The translations under genes and the position numbers were made by a program. The notes beneath the pieces are model-generated. The model worked only from the letters and a program-made list of their open reading frames with translations, was not told the origin of the DNA and searched no databases. A stretch of DNA of 64,000 bases from Eledone cirrhosa (Eukaryota). The stretch is from contig OZ024742.1 of the NCBI GenBank assembly GCA_964016885.1, forward strand, positions 288,610,001 to 288,674,000, in the 5' to 3' direction. Positions 1 through 17,800 of the stretch are shown here, in pieces (positions within the stretch are counted from its first letter, which is position 1; every line of letters begins with the position of its first letter).

Positions 1-3000
1 CACTATAGTAGGTGGTGTACCAACAGTCACAGACACACACACACTATAGTAGGTGGTGTACCAACAGTCACAGACACACACACACACACTATAGTAGGTG
101 GTGTACCAACAGTCACAGACACACACACACTATAGTAGGTGGTGTACCAACAGTCACAGACACACACACACACACACTATAGTAGGTGGTGTACCAACAG
201 TCACAGACACACACACACTATAGTAGGTGGTGTACCAACAGTCACAGACACACACACACACACACTATAGTAGGTGGTGTACCAACAGTCACAGACACAC
301 ACATACACTATAGTAGGTGGTGTACCAACAGTCACAGACACACACATACACTATAGTAGGTGGTGTACCAACAGTCACAGATACACACACACACACTATA
401 GTAGGTGGTGTACCAACAGTCACAGACACACACACACACTATAGTAGGTGGTGTACCAACAGTCACAGATACACACACACACTATAGTAGGTGGTGTACC
501 AACAGTCACAGATACACACACACACACTATAGTAGGTGGTGTACCAACAGTCACAGATACACACACACACACTATAGTAGGTGGTGTACCAACAGTCACA
601 GATACACACACACACACTATAGTAAGTGGTGTACCAACAGTCACAGATACACACACACACACTATAGTAGGTGGTGTACCAACAGTCACAGACACACACA
701 CACACACTATAGTAGGTGGTGTACCAACAGTCACAGACACACACATACACTATAGTAGGTGGTGTACCAACAGTCACAGATACACACACACACACTATAG
801 TAGGTGGTGTACCAACAGTCACAGACACACACATACACTATAGTAGGTGGTGTACCAACAGTCACAGACACACACATACACTATAGTAGGTGGTGTACCA
901 ACAGTCACAGATACACACACACACACTATAGTAGGTGGTGTACCAACAGTCACAGACACACACATACACTATAGTAGGTGGTGTACCAACAGTCACAGAC
1001 ACACACATACACTATAGTAGGTGGTGTACCAACAGTCACAGACACACACATACACTATAGTAAGTGTTGTACCAACAGTCACAGACACACACACACTATA
1101 GTAGGTGGTGTACCAACAGTCACAGACACACACACAGCTATAGTAGGTGGTGTACCAACAGTCACAGATACACACACACACTATAGTAGGTGGTGTACCA
1201 ACAGTCACAGACACACACACACTATAGTAAGGTGGTGTACCAACAGTCACAGATACACACACACACACTATAGTAGGTGGTGTACCAACAGTCACAGACA
1301 CACACACACACACTATAGTAGGTGGTGTACCAACAGTCACAGACACACACACACACTATAGTAGGTGGTGTACCAACAGTCACAGACACACATACACTAT
1401 AGTAGGTGGTGTACCAACAGTCACAGACACACACACACACACTATAGTAGGTGGTGTACCAACAGTCACAGACACACACACACTATAGTAGGTGGTGTAC
1501 CAACAGTCACAGACACACACACACACTATAGTAGGTGGTGTACCAACAGTCACAGACACACACATACACTATAGTAGGTGGTGTACCAACAGTCACAGAC
1601 ACACACATACACTATAGTAGGTGGTGTACCAACAGTCACAGATACACACACACACACACTATAGTAGGTGGTGTACCAACAGTCACAGACACACACACAC
1701 ACTATAGTAGGTGGTGTACCAACAGTCACAGACACACACACACACACTATAGTAGGTGGTGTACCAACAGTCACAGACACACACACACTCTATAGTAGGT
1801 GGTGTACCAACAGTCACAGATACACACACACACACTATAGTAGGTGGTGTACCAACAGTCACAGATACACACACACACACTATAGTAGGTGGTGTACCAA
1901 CAGTCACAGATACACACACACACACTATAGTAAGTGGTGTACCAACAGTCACAGATACACACACACACACTATAGTAGGTGGTGTACCAACAGTCACAGA
2001 CACACACACACACACTATAGTAGGTGGTGTACCAACAGTCACAGACACACACATACACTATAGTAGGTGGTGTACCAACAGTCACAGATACACACACACA
2101 CTATAGTAGGTGGTGTACCAACAGTCACAGACACACACACTATAGTAGGTGGTGTACCAACAGTCACAGACACACACACACGCTATAGTAGGTGGTGTAC
2201 CAACATTCACAGATACACACACACGCTATAGTAGGTGGTGTACCAACAGTCACAGACACACACACACTATAGTAAGTGGTGTACCAACAGTCACAGATAC
2301 ACACACACACACTATAGTAGCTGGTGTACCAACAGTCACAGACACACACACACTATAGTAGGTGGTGTACCAACAGTCACAGACACACACATCCACTATA
2401 GTAAGTGGTGTAACAACAGTCACAGATACACACACACACACTATAGTAGGTGGTGTACCAACAGTCACAGACACACACAACACACTATAGTAGGTGGTGT
2501 ACCAACAGTCACAGATACACACACACACTATAGTAGGTGGTGTACCAACAGTCACAGACACACACACTATAGTAGGTGGTGTACCAACAGTCACAGACAC
2601 ACACATACACTATAGTAGGTGGTGTACCAACAGTCACAGACACACACACACTATAGTAGGTGGTGTACCAACAGTCACAGACACACACACACACACTATA
2701 GTAGGTGGTGTACCAACAGTCACAGACACACATAACACTATAGTAGGTGGTGTACCAACAGTCACAGACACACACACACACTATAGTAGGTGGTGTACCA
2801 ACAGTCACAGACACACACACACTATAGTAGGTGGTGTACCAACAGTCACAGACACACACACACACACTATAGTAGGTGGTGTACCAACAGTCACAGACAC
2901 ACACATACACTATAGTAGGTGGTGTACCAACAGTCACAGACACACACATACACTATAGTAGGTGGTGTACCAACAGTCACAGATACACACACACACACAC

Positions 3001-6000
3001 TATAGTAGGTGGTGTACCAACAGTCACAGACACACACACACACTATAGTAGGTGGTGTACCAACAGTCACAGACACACACACACACACACTATAGTAGGT
3101 GGTGTACCAACAGTCACAGACACACACACACTCTATAGTAGGTGGTGTACCAACAGTCACAGATACACACACACACACTATAGTAGGTGGTGTACCAACA
3201 GTCACAGATACACACACACACACTATAGTAGGTGGTGTACCAACAGTCACAGATACACACACACACACTATAGTAAGTGGTGTACCAACAGTCACAGATA
3301 CACACACACACACTATAGTAGGTGGTGTACCAACAGTCACAGACACACACACACACACTATAGTAGGTGGTGTACCAACAGTCACAGACACACACATACA
3401 CTATAGTAGGTGGTGTACCAACAGTCACAGATACACACACACACACTATAGTAGGTGGTGTACCAACAGTCACAGACACACACATACACTATAGTAGGTG
3501 GTGTACCAACAGTCACAGACACACACATACACTATAGTAGGTGGTGTACCAACAGTCACAGATACACACACACACACTATAGTAGGTGGTGTACCAACAG
3601 TCACAGACACACACATACACTATAGTAGGTGGTGTACCAACAGTCACAGACACACACATACACTATAGTAGGTGGTGTACCAACAGTCACAGACACACAC
3701 ATACACTATAGTAAGTGTTGTACCAACAGTCACAGACACACACACTATAGTAGGTGGTGTACCAACAGTCACAGACACACACACACGCTATAGTAGGTGG
3801 TGTACCAACAGTCACAGATACACACACACACACTATAGTAGGTGGTGTACCAACAGTCACAGACACACACACACACACTATAGTAGGTGGTGTACCAACA
3901 GTCACAGAACACACACACACACTATAGTAGGTGGTGTACCAACAGTCACAGACACACATAAACTATAGTAGGTGGTGTACCAACAGTCACAGACACACAC
4001 ACACACACTATAGTAGTTGGTGTACCAACAGTCACAGACACACACACACTATAGTAGGTGGTGTACCAACAGTCACAGACACACACACACACACTATAGT
4101 AGGTGGTGTACCAACAGTCACAGACACACACATACACTATAGTAGGTGGTGTACCAACAGTCACAGACACACACATACACTATAGTAGGTGGTGTACCAA
4201 CAGTCACAGATACACACACACACACACTATAGTAGGTGGTGTACCAACAGTCACAGACACACACACACACTATAGTAGGTGGTGTACCAACAGTCACAGA
4301 CACACACACACACACTATAGTAGGTGGTGTACCAACAGTCACAGACACACACACACTCTATAGTAGGTGGTGTACCAACAGTCACAGATACACACACACA
4401 CACTATAGTAGGTGGTGTACCAACAGTCACAGATACACACACACACACTATAGTAGGTGGTGTACCAACAGTCACAGATACACACACACACACTATAGTA
4501 AGTGGTGTACCAACAGTCACAGATACACACACACACACTATAGTAGGTGGTGTACCAACAGTCACAGACACACACACACACACTATAGTAGGTGGTGTAC
4601 CAACAGTCACAGACACACACATACACTATAGTAGGTGGTGTACCAACAGTCACAGATACACACACACACACTATAGTAGGTGGTGTACCAACAGTCACAG
4701 ACACACACACACACTATAGTAGGTGGTGTACCAACAGTCACAGACACACACATACACTATAGTAGGTGGTGTACCAACAGTCACAGACACACACATACAC
4801 TATAGTAGGTGGTGTACCAACAGTCACAGACACACACACACGCTATAGTAGGTGGTGTACCAACAGTCACAGACACACACATACACTATAGTAGGTGGTG
4901 TACCAACAGTCACAGACACACACATACTCTATAGTAAGTGTTGTACCAACAGTCACAGACACACACACTATAGTAGGTGGTGTACCAACAGTCACAGACA
5001 CACACATACACTATAGTAGGTGGTGTACCAACAGTCACAGATACACACACACGCTATAGTAGGTGGTGTACCAACAGTCACAGACACACACACACTATAG
5101 TAAGTGGTGTACCAACAGTCACAGATACACACACACACACTATAGTAGGTGGTGTACCAACAGTCACAGACACACACACACACACTATAGTAGGTGGTGT
5201 ACCAACAGTCACAGACACACACATCCACTATAGTAAGTGGTGTAACAACAGTCACAGATACACACACACACACTATAGTAGGTGGTGTACCAACAGTCAC
5301 AGACACACACATACACTATAGTAGGTGGTGTACCAACAGTCACAGATACACACACACACTATAGTAAGTGGTGTACCAACAGTCACAGACACACACATAC
5401 ACTACAGTAGGTGGTGTACCAACAGTCACAGACACACACACACTATAGTAGGTGGTGTACCAACAGTCACAGACACACACACACTATAGTAGGTGGTGTA
5501 CCAACAGTCACAGACACACACATACACTATAGTAGGTGGTGTACCAACAGTCACACACACATACACTATAGTAGGTGGTGTACCAACAGTCACAGATACA
5601 CACACACACACTATAGTAGGTGGTGTACCAACAGTCACAGACATACACACACACTATAGTAGGTGGTGTACCAACAGTTACAGACACACACACACACACA
5701 CTATAGTAGGTGGTGTACCAACAGTCACAGACACACACACACACTATAGTAGGTGGTGTACCAACAGTCACAGATACACACACACACACTATAGTAGGTG
5801 TTGTACCAACAGTCACAGATACACACAAACACACTATAGTAGGTGGTGTACCAACAGTCACAGATACACACACACACACTATAGTAAGTGGTGTACCAAC
5901 AGTCACAGATACACATACACACACTATAGTAGGTGGTGTACCAACAGTCACAGACACACACACTATAGTAGGTGGTGTACCAACAGTCACAGACACACAC

Positions 6001-8019
6001 ATACACTATAGTAGGTGGTGTACCAACAGTCACAGACACACACATACACTATAGTAAGTGGTGTACCAACAGTCACAGATACACACACACACTATAGTAG
6101 GTGGTGTACCAACAGTCACAGACACACACACACACTATAGTAGGTGGTGTACCAACAGTCACAGATACACACACACACTATAGTAGGTGGTGTACCAACA
6201 GTCACAGACACACACACACTATAGTAAGTGGTGTACCAACAGTCACAGATACACACACACACACTATAGTAGGTGGTGTACCAACAGTCACAGACACACA
6301 CACACACACTATAGTAGGTGGTGTACCAACAGTCACAGACACACACATACACTATAGTAAGTGGTGTACCAACAGTCACAGATACACGCACACACACTAT
6401 AGTAGGTGGTGTACCAACAGTCACAGACACACACATACACTATAGTAGGTGGTGTACCAACAGTCACAGATACACACACACACACTATAGTAGGTGGTGT
6501 ACCAACAGTCACAGATACACACACACACACTATAGTAAGTGGTGTACCAACAGTCACAGACACACACATACACTACAGTAGGTGGTGTACCAACAGTCAC
6601 AGATACACACACACACACTATAGTAGGTGGTGTACCAACAGTCACAGATACACACACACACACTATAGTAGGTGGTGTACCAACAGTCACAGATACACAC
6701 ACACACACTATAGTAGGTGGTGTACCAACAGTCAAAGACACACACACACACACTATAGTAGGTGGTGTACCAACAGTCACAGACACACACACTATAGTAG
6801 GTGGTGTACCAACAGTCACAGATACACACACACACACTATAGTAGGTGGTGTACCAACAGTCACAGACACACACACACACTATAGTAGGTGGTGTACCAA
6901 CAGTCACAGACACACACACACACTATAGTAGGTGGTGTACCAACAGTCACAGACACACACACACACTATAGTAGGTGGTGTACCACCAACAGTCACAGAT
7001 ACACACACACACACTATAGTAGGTGGTGTACCAACAGTCACAGACACACACACACACACTATAGTAGGTGGTGTACCAACAGTCACAGACACACACACAC
7101 ACACTATAGTAGGTAGTGTACCAACAGTCACATACACACACATACACTATAGTATGTGGTGTACCAACAGTCACAGATACACACACACACACTATAGTAG
7201 GTGGTGTACCAACAGTCACAGACACACACATACACTATAGTAGGTGGTGTACCAACAGTCACAGAGACACACATACACTATAGTAGGTGGTGTACCAACA
7301 GTCACAGATACACACACACACACTATAGTAGGTGGTGTACCAACAGTCACAGATACACACACACACTATAGTAAGTGGTGTACCAACAGTCACAGACACA
7401 CACATACACTACAGTAGGTGGTGTACCAACAGTCACAGATACACACACACACACTATAGTAGGTGGTGTACCAACAGTCACAGACACACACACACACTAT
7501 AGTAAGTGGTGTACCAACAGTCACAGACACACACATACACTACAGTAGGTGGTGTACCAACAGTCACAGATACACACACACACACTATAGTAGGTGGTGT
7601 ACCAACAGTCACAGATACACACACACACACTATAGTAGGTGGTGTACCAATGGTCACAGACACACACACACACACTATAGTTGGTGGTGTACCAACAGTC
7701 ACAGACACACACACACACTATAGTAGGTGGTGTACCAACAGTCACAGATACACACACACACACTATAGTAGGTGGTGTACCAACAGTCACAGACACACAC
7801 TATAGTAGGTGGTGTACCAACAGTCACAGACACACACACACACTATAGTAGGTGGTGTACCAACAGTCACAGACACACACACACACTATAGTAGGTGGTG
7901 TACCAACAGTCACAGACACACACACACACTATAGTAGGTGGTGTACTAACAGTCACAGATACACACACACACACTATAGTAGGTGGTGTACCAACAGTCA
8001 CAGACACACACACACACTA

Positions 8020-8875
8020 TAGTAGGTGGTGTACCAACACACACACACTACAGTAGGTGGTGTACCAACACACACACATACACACACTACAGTAGGTGGT
8101 GTACCAACAGTCACACACACACTATAGTAGGTGGTGTACCAACAGTCACACACACACACACACACTACAGTAGGTGGTGTATCAACAGTCACACACACAC
8201 ACACACACTACAGTAGGTGGTGTACCAACAGTCACACACACACACACTATAGTAGCTGGTGTACCAACACACACACTAAAGTAGGTCCTGTACCAACATT
8301 CACACACACACTACAGTAGGTGGTGTACCAACACACACACACACACACTACAGTAGGTGGTGTACCAACAGTCACACACACACACACACACACACTATAG
8401 TAGGTGGTGTACCAACACACATACACACTACAGTAGGTGATGTACCAACAGTCACATACACACTACAGTAGGTGATGTACCAACACACACTATAGTAGGT
8501 GGTGTACCAACACATACACACTACAGTAGGTGATGTACCAACAGTCACATACACACTACAGTAGGTGATGTACCAACACACACTATAGTAGGTGGTGTAC
8601 CAACACATACACACTACAGTAGGTGATGTACCAACACACACACACACACCCACACACACTCTACAGTAGGTGGTGTACCAACAGTCACACACACTACAGT
8701 AGGTGGTGTACCAACACACACACACATTACAGTAGGTGGTCTACCAACACACACACACACTACAGTAGGTCCTGTACCAACACACATGCAGACACTACAG
8801 TAGGTGGTGTACCAACACACACACACACACTACAGTAGGTCCTGTACCAACACACACACACACTACAGTAGGTGG
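8020..8875. repeat. Divergent short-monomer block of satellite A; internal copy of the array's right edge
   Basis: Monomers lack all or part of AGTCACAGA. They carry GTAGCTGG, CTAAAGTAGGTCCTG, GGTGATGTACC, CACCCACAC and CATGCAGAC in the same order as 48,230-49,095 (offset about 40,218). Confidence 0.9.
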
Positions 8876-11800
8876 TGTACCAACAGTCACAGATACACAC
8901 ACACACACTATAGTAGGTGGTGTACCAACAGTCACAGATACACACACACACACTATAGTAGGTGGTGTACCAACAGTCACAGATACACACACACACACTA
9001 TAGTAGGTGGTGTACCAACAGTCACAGACACACACACACACACTATAGTAGGTGGTGTACCAACAGTCACAGACACACACACTATAGTAGGTGGTGTACC
9101 AACAGTCACAGATACACACACACACACTATAGTAGGTGGTGTACCAACAGTCACAGACACACACACACACTATAGTAGGTGGTGTACCAACAGTCACAGA
9201 CACACACACACACTATAGTAGGTGGTGTACCAACAGTCACAGACACACACACACACTATAGTAGGTGGTGTACCACCAACAGTCACAGATACACACACAC
9301 ACACTATAGTAGGTGGTGTACCAACAGTCACAGACACACACACACACACTATAGTAGGTGGTGTACCAACAGTCACAGACACACACACACTATAGTAGGT
9401 GGTGTACCAACAGTCACAGACACACACATACACTATAGTAAGTGGTGTACCAACAGTCACAGACACACACATACACTATAGTAAGTGGTGTACCAACAGT
9501 CACAGATACACACACACACACTATAGTAGGTGGTGTACCAACAGTCACAGACACACACATACACTATAGTAGGTGGTGTACCAACAGTCACAGACACACA
9601 CATACACTATAGTAGGTGGTGTACCAACAGTCACAGATACACACACACACACTATAGTAGGTGGTGTACCAACAGTCACAGATACACACACACACTATAG
9701 TAAGTTCTGTGCCAACAGTCACAGACACACACATACACTACAGTAGGTGGTGTACCAACAGTCACAGATACACACACACACACTATAGTAGGTGGTGTAC
9801 CAACAGTCACAGACACACACACACACTATAGTAAGTGGTGTACCAACAGTCACAGACACACACATACACTACAGTAGGTGGTGTACCAACAGTCACAGAT
9901 ACACACACGCACACTATAGTAGGTGGTGTACCAACAGTCACAGATACACACACACACACTACAGTAGGTGGTGTACCAACGGTCACAGACACACACACAC
10001 ACACTATAGTTGGTGGTGTACCAACAGTCACAGACACACACACACTATAGTAAGTGGTGTACCAACAGTCACAGATACACACACACACACACTATAGTAG
10101 GTGGTGTACCAACAGTCACAGACACACACACACACACTATAGTAGGTGGTGTACCAACAGTCACAGACACACACATAGACTATAGTAAGTGGTGTACCAA
10201 CAGTCACAGATACACACACACACACTATAGTAGGTGGTGTACCAACAGTCACAGACACACACATACACTATAGTAGGTGGTGTACCAACAGTCACAGATA
10301 CACACACACACACTATAGTAGGTGGTGTACCAACAGTCACAGATACACACACACACTATAGTAAGTGGTGTACCAACAGTCACAGACACACACATACACT
10401 ACAGTAGGTGGTGTACCAACAGTCACAGACACACACATACACTATAGTAAGTGGTGTACCAACAGTCACAGACACACACATACACTATAGTAAGTGGTGT
10501 ACCAACAGTCACAGATACACACACACACACTATAGTAGGTGGTGTACCAACAGTCACAGACACACACATACACTATAGTAGGTGGTGTACCAACAGTCAC
10601 AGACACACACATACACTATAGTAGGTGGTGTACCAACAGTCACAGATACACACACACACACTATAGTAGGTGGTGTACCAACAGTCACAGATACACACAC
10701 ACACTATAGTAAGTGGTGTACCAACAGTCACAGACACACACATACACTACAGTAGGTGGTGTACCAACAGTCACAGATACACACACACACACTATAGTAG
10801 GTGGTGTACCAACAGTCACAGACACACACACACACACTATAGTAAGTGGTGTACCAACAGTCACAGACACACACATACACTACAGTAGGTGGTGTACCAA
10901 CAGTCACAGATACACACACACACACTATAGTAGGTGGTGTACCAACAGTCACAGATACTCACACACACACTATAGTAGGTGGTGTACCAACGGTCACAGA
11001 CACACACACACACACTATAGTTGGTGGTGTACCAACAGTCACAGACACACACATACACTATAGTAGGTGGTGTACCAACAGTCACAGACACACACATACA
11101 CTATAGTAAGTGGTGTACCAACAGTCACAGATACACACACACACTATAGTAGGTGGTGTACCAACAGTCACAGACACACACACACACTATAGTAGGTGGT
11201 GTACCAACAGTCACAGATACACACACACACTATAGTAGGTGGTGTACCAACAGTCACAGACACACACACACACACACTATAGTAGGTGGTGTACCAACAG
11301 TCACAGACACACACATAGACTATAGTAAGTGGTGTACCAACAGTCACAGATACACACACACACACTATAGTAGGTGGTGTACCAACAGTCACAGACACAC
11401 ACATACACTATAGTAGGTGGTGTACCAACAGTCACAGATACACACACACACACTATAGTAGGTGGTGTACCAACAGTCACAGATACACACACACACTATA
11501 GTAAGTGGTGTACCAACAGTCACAGACACACACATACACTACAGTAGGTGGTGTACCAACAGTCACAGACACACACATACACTATAGTAAGTGGTGTACC
11601 AACAGTCACAGACACACACATACACTATAGTAAGTGGTGTACCAACAGTCACAGATACACACACACACACTATAGTAGGTGGTGTACCAACAGTCACAGA
11701 CACACACATACACTATAGTAGGTGGTGTACCAACAGTCACAGACACACACATACACTATAGTAGGTGGTGTACCAACAGTCACAGATACACACACACACA

Positions 11801-14800
11801 CTATAGTAGGTGGTGTACCAACAGTCACAGATACACACACACACTATAGTAAGTGGTGTACCAACAGTCACAGACACACACATACACTACAGTAGGTGGT
11901 GTACCAACAGTCACAGATACACACACACACTATAGTAGGTGGTGTACCAACAGTCACAGACACACACACACACACTATAGTAAGTGGTGTACCAACAGTC
12001 ACAGACACACACATACACTACAGTAGGTGGTGTACCAACAGTCACAGATACACACACACACACTATAGTAGGTGGTGTACCAACAGTCACAGATACTCAC
12101 ACACACACTATAGTAGGTGGTGTACCAACGGTCACAGACACACACACACACACTATAGTTGGTGGTGTACCAACAGTCACAGACACACACATACACTATA
12201 GTAGGTGGTGTACCAACAGTCACAGACACACACATACACTATAGTAAGTGGTGTACCAACAGTCACAGATACACACACACTATAGTAGGTGGTGTACCAA
12301 CAGTCACAGACACACACACACTATAGTAGGTGGTGTACCAACAGTCACAGATACACACACACACTATAGTAGGTGGTGTACCAACAGTCACAGACACACA
12401 CACACTATAGTAAGTGGTGTACCAACAGTCACAGATACACACACACACACGATAGTAGGTGGTGTACCAACAGTCACAGACACACACACACACACTATAG
12501 TAGGTGGTGTACCAACAGTCACAGACACACACATAGACTATAGTAAGTGGTGTACCAACAGTCACAGATACACACACACACACTATAGTAGGTGGTGTAC
12601 CAACAGTCACAGACACACACATACACTATAGTAGGTGGTGTACCAACAGTCACAGATACACACACACACACTATAGTAGGTGGTGTACCAACAGTCACAG
12701 ATACACACACACACTATAGTAAGTGGTGTACCAACAGTCACAGACACACACATACACTACAGTAGGTGGTGTACCAACAGTCACAGATACACACACACAC
12801 ACTATAGTAGGTGGTGTACCAACAGTCACAGATACACACACACACACTATAGTAGGTGGTGTACCAACAGTCACAGATACACACACACACACTATAGTAG
12901 GTGGTGTACCAACAGTCACAGACACACACACACACACTATAGTAGGTGGTGTACCAACAGTCACAGACACACACACTATAGTAGGTGGTGTACCAACAGT
13001 CACAGATACACACACACACACTATAGTAGGTGGTGTACCAACAGTCACAGACACACACACACACTATAGTAGGTGGTGTACCAACAGTCACAGACACACA
13101 CACACACACTATAGTAGGTGGTGTACCAACAGTCACAGACACACACACACACTATAGTAGGTGGTGTACCACCAACAGTCACAGATACACACACACACAC
13201 TATAGTAGGTGGTGTACCAACAGTCACAGACACACACACACACACTATAGTAGGTGGTGTACCAGCAGTCACAGACACACACACACACACTATAGTAGGT
13301 AGTGTACCAACAGTCACAGACACACACATACACTATAGTAAGTGGTGTACCACCAGTCACAGATACACACACACACACTATAGTAGGTGGTGTACCAACA
13401 GTCACAGACGCACACACGCACACTATAGTAGGTGGTGTACCAACAGTCACAGACACACACATACACTATAGTAAGTGGTGTACCAACAGTCACAGATACA
13501 CACACACACACTATAGTAGGTGGTGTACCAACAGTCACAGACACACACATACACTATAGTAGGTGGTGTACCAACAGTCACAGACACACACACATACACT
13601 ATAGTAGGTGGTGTACCAACAGTCACAGATACACACACACACACACTATAGTAGGTGGTGTACCAACAGTCACATATACACACACACACTATAGTAAGTG
13701 GTGTACCAACAGTCACAGACACACACATACACTACAGTAGGTGGTGTACCAACAGTCACAGATACACACACTATAGTAGGTGATGTACCAACAGTCTCAG
13801 ACACACACACACACTATAGTTAGTGGTGTACCCACAGTCACAGATACACACATACACTACAGTAGGTGGTGTACCAACAGTCACAGATATACACACACAC
13901 ACACTATAGTAGGTGGTGTACCAACAGTCACAGATACACACACACACACTATAGTAGGTGGTGTACCAACGGTCACAGACACACACACACACACACACAC
14001 TATAGTTGGTGGTGTACCAACAGTCACAGACACACACACACACTATAGTAGGTGGTGTACCAACAGTCACAGATACACACACACACACTATAGTAGGTGG
14101 TGTACCAACAGTCACAGACACACACACACACTATAGTAGGTGGTGTACCAACAGTCACAGACACACACACACACTATAGTAGGTGGTGTACCAACAGTCA
14201 CAGACACACACACACACTATAGTAGGTGGTGTACCAACAGTCACAGACACACACACACACTATAGTAGGTGGTGTACCAACAGTCACAGACACACACATA
14301 GACTATAGTAAGTGGTGTACCAACAGTCACAGATACACACACACACACTATAGTAGGTGGTGTATCAACAGTCACAGACACACACATACACTATAGTAGG
14401 TGGTGTACCAACAGTCACAGATACACACACACACACTATAGTAGGTCGTGTACCAACAGTCACAGATACACACACACACTATAGTAAGTGGTGTACCAAC
14501 AGTCACAGACACACACATACACTACAGTAGGTGGTGTACCAACAGTCACAGACACACACATACACTATAGTAAGTGGTGTACCAACAGTCACAGACACAC
14601 ACATACACTATAGTAAGTGGTGTACCAACAGTCACAGATACACACACACACACTATAGTAGGTGGTGTACCAACAGTCACAGACACACACATACACTATA
14701 GTAGGTGGTGTACCAACAGTCACAGACACACACATACACTATAGTAGGTGGTGTACCAACAGTCACAGATACACACACACACACTATAGTAGGTGGTGTC

Positions 14801-17800
14801 CCAACAGTCACAGATACACACACACACACTATAGTAGGTGGTGTACCAACAGTCACAGACACACACATACACTATAGTAGGTGGTGTACCAACAGTCACA
14901 GACACACACACATACACTATAGTAGGTGGTGTACCAACAGTCACAGATACACACACACACACACTATAGTAGGTGGTGTACCAACAGTCACATATACACA
15001 CACACACTATAGTAAGTGGTGTACCAACAGTCACAGACACACACATACACTACAGTAGGTGGTGTACCAACAGTCACAGATACACACACTATAGTAGGTG
15101 ATGTACCAACAGTCTCAGACACACACACACACTATAGTAAGTGGTGTACCAACAGTCACAGACACACACATACACTACAGTAGGTGGTGTACCAACAGTC
15201 ACAGATATACACACACACACACTATAGTAGGTGGTGTACCAACAGTCACAGATACACACACACACACTATAGTAGGTGGTGTACCAACGGTCACAGACAC
15301 ACACACACACACACACTATAGTTGGTGGTGTACCAACAGTCACAGACACACACACACACTATAGTAGGTGGTGTACCAACAGTCACAGATACACACACAC
15401 ACACTATAGTAGGTGGTGTACCAACAGTCACAGACACACACACACACTATAGTAGGTGGTGTACCAACAGTCACAGACACACACACACACTATAGTAGGT
15501 GGTGTACCAACAGTCACAGACACACACACACACTATAGTAGGTGGTGTACCAACAGTCACAGACACACACACACACTATAGTAGGTGGTGTACCAACAGT
15601 CACAGACACACACATAGACTATAGTAAGTGGTGTACCAACAGTCACAGATACACACACACACACTATAGTAGGTGGTGTATCAACAGTCACAGACACACA
15701 CATACACTATAGTAGGTGGTGTACCAACAGTCACAGATACACACACACACACTATAGTAGGTCGTGTACCAACAGTCACAGATACACACACACACTATAG
15801 TAAGTGGTGTACCAACAGTCACAGACACACACATACACTACAGTAGGTGGTGTACCAACAGTCACAGACACACACATACACTATAGTAAGTGGTGTACCA
15901 ACAGTCACAGACACACACATACACTATAGTAAGTGGTGTACCAACAGTCACAGATACACACACACACACTATAGTAGGTGGTGTACCAACAGTCACAGAC
16001 ACACACATACACTATAGTAGGTGGTGTACCAACAGTCACAGACACACACATACACTATAGTAGGTGGTGTACCAACAGTCACAGATACACACACACACAC
16101 TATAGTAGGTGGTGTCCCAACAGTCACAGATACACACACACACTATAGTAAGTGGTGTACCAACAGTCACAGACACACACATACACTACAGTAGGTGGTG
16201 TACCAACAGTCACAGATACACACACACACACACTATAGTAGGTGGTGTACCAACAGTCACAGACACACACACACACACTATAGTAAGTGGTGTACCAACA
16301 GTCACAGACACACACATACACTACAGTAGGTGGTGTACCAACAGTCACAGATACACACACACACACTATAGTAGGTGGTGTACCAACAGTCACAGATACT
16401 CACACACACACTATAGTAGGTGGTGTACCAACGGTCACAGACACACACACACACACTATAGTTGGTGGTGTACCAACAGTCACAGACACACACATACACT
16501 ATAGTAGGTGGTGTACCAACAGTCACAGACACACACATACACTATAGTAAGTGGTGTACCAACAGTCACAGACATACACACACTATAGTAAGTGGTGTAC
16601 CAACAGTCACAGATACACACACACACACGATAGTAGGTGGTGTACCAACAGTCACAGACACACACACACACACTATAGTAGGTGGTGTACCAACAGTCAC
16701 AGACACACACATAGACTATAGTAAGTGGTGTACCAACAGTCACAGATACACACACATACACTATAGTAGGTGGTGTACCAACAGTCACAGACACACACAT
16801 ACACTATAGTAGGTGGTGTACCAACAGTCACAGATACACACACACACACTATAGTAGGTGGTGTACCAACAGTCACAGATACACACACACACTATAGTAA
16901 GTGGTGTACCAACAGTCACAGACACACACATACACTACAGTAGGTGGTGTACCAACAGTCACAGATACACACACACACACTATAGTAGGTGGTGTACCAA
17001 CAGTCACAGATACACACACACACACTATAGTAGGTGGTGTACCAACAGTCACGGATACACACACACACACTATAGTAGGTGGTGTACCAACAGTCACAGA
17101 CACACACACACACACTATAGTAGGTGGTGTACCAACAGTCACAGACACACACACTATAGTAGGTGGTGTACCCACAGTCACAGATACACACACACACACT
17201 ATAGTAGGTGGTGTACCAACAGTCACAGACACACACACACACTATAGTAGGTGGTGTACCAACAGTCACAGACACACACACACACACTATAGTAGGTGGT
17301 GTACCAACAGTCACAGACACACACACACACTATAGTAGGTGGTGTACCACCAACAGTCACAGATACACACACACACACTATAGTAGGTGGTGTACCAACA
17401 GTCACAGACACACACACACACACTATAGTAGGTGGTGTACCAGCAGTCACAGACACACACACACACACTATAGTAGGTAGTGTACCAACAGTCACAGACA
17501 CACACATACACTATAGTAAGTGGTGTACCACCAGTCACAGATACACACACACACACTATAGTAGGTGGTGTACCAACAGTCACAGACACACACACACACA
17601 CACTATAGTAGGTGGTGTACCAACAGTCACAGACACACACATACACTATAGTAAGTGGTGTACCAACAGTCACAGATACACACACACACACTATAGTAGG
17701 TGGTGTACCAACAGTCACAGACACACACATACACTATAGTAGGTGGTGTACCAACAGTCACAGACACACACACATACACTATAGTAGGTGGTGTACCAAC

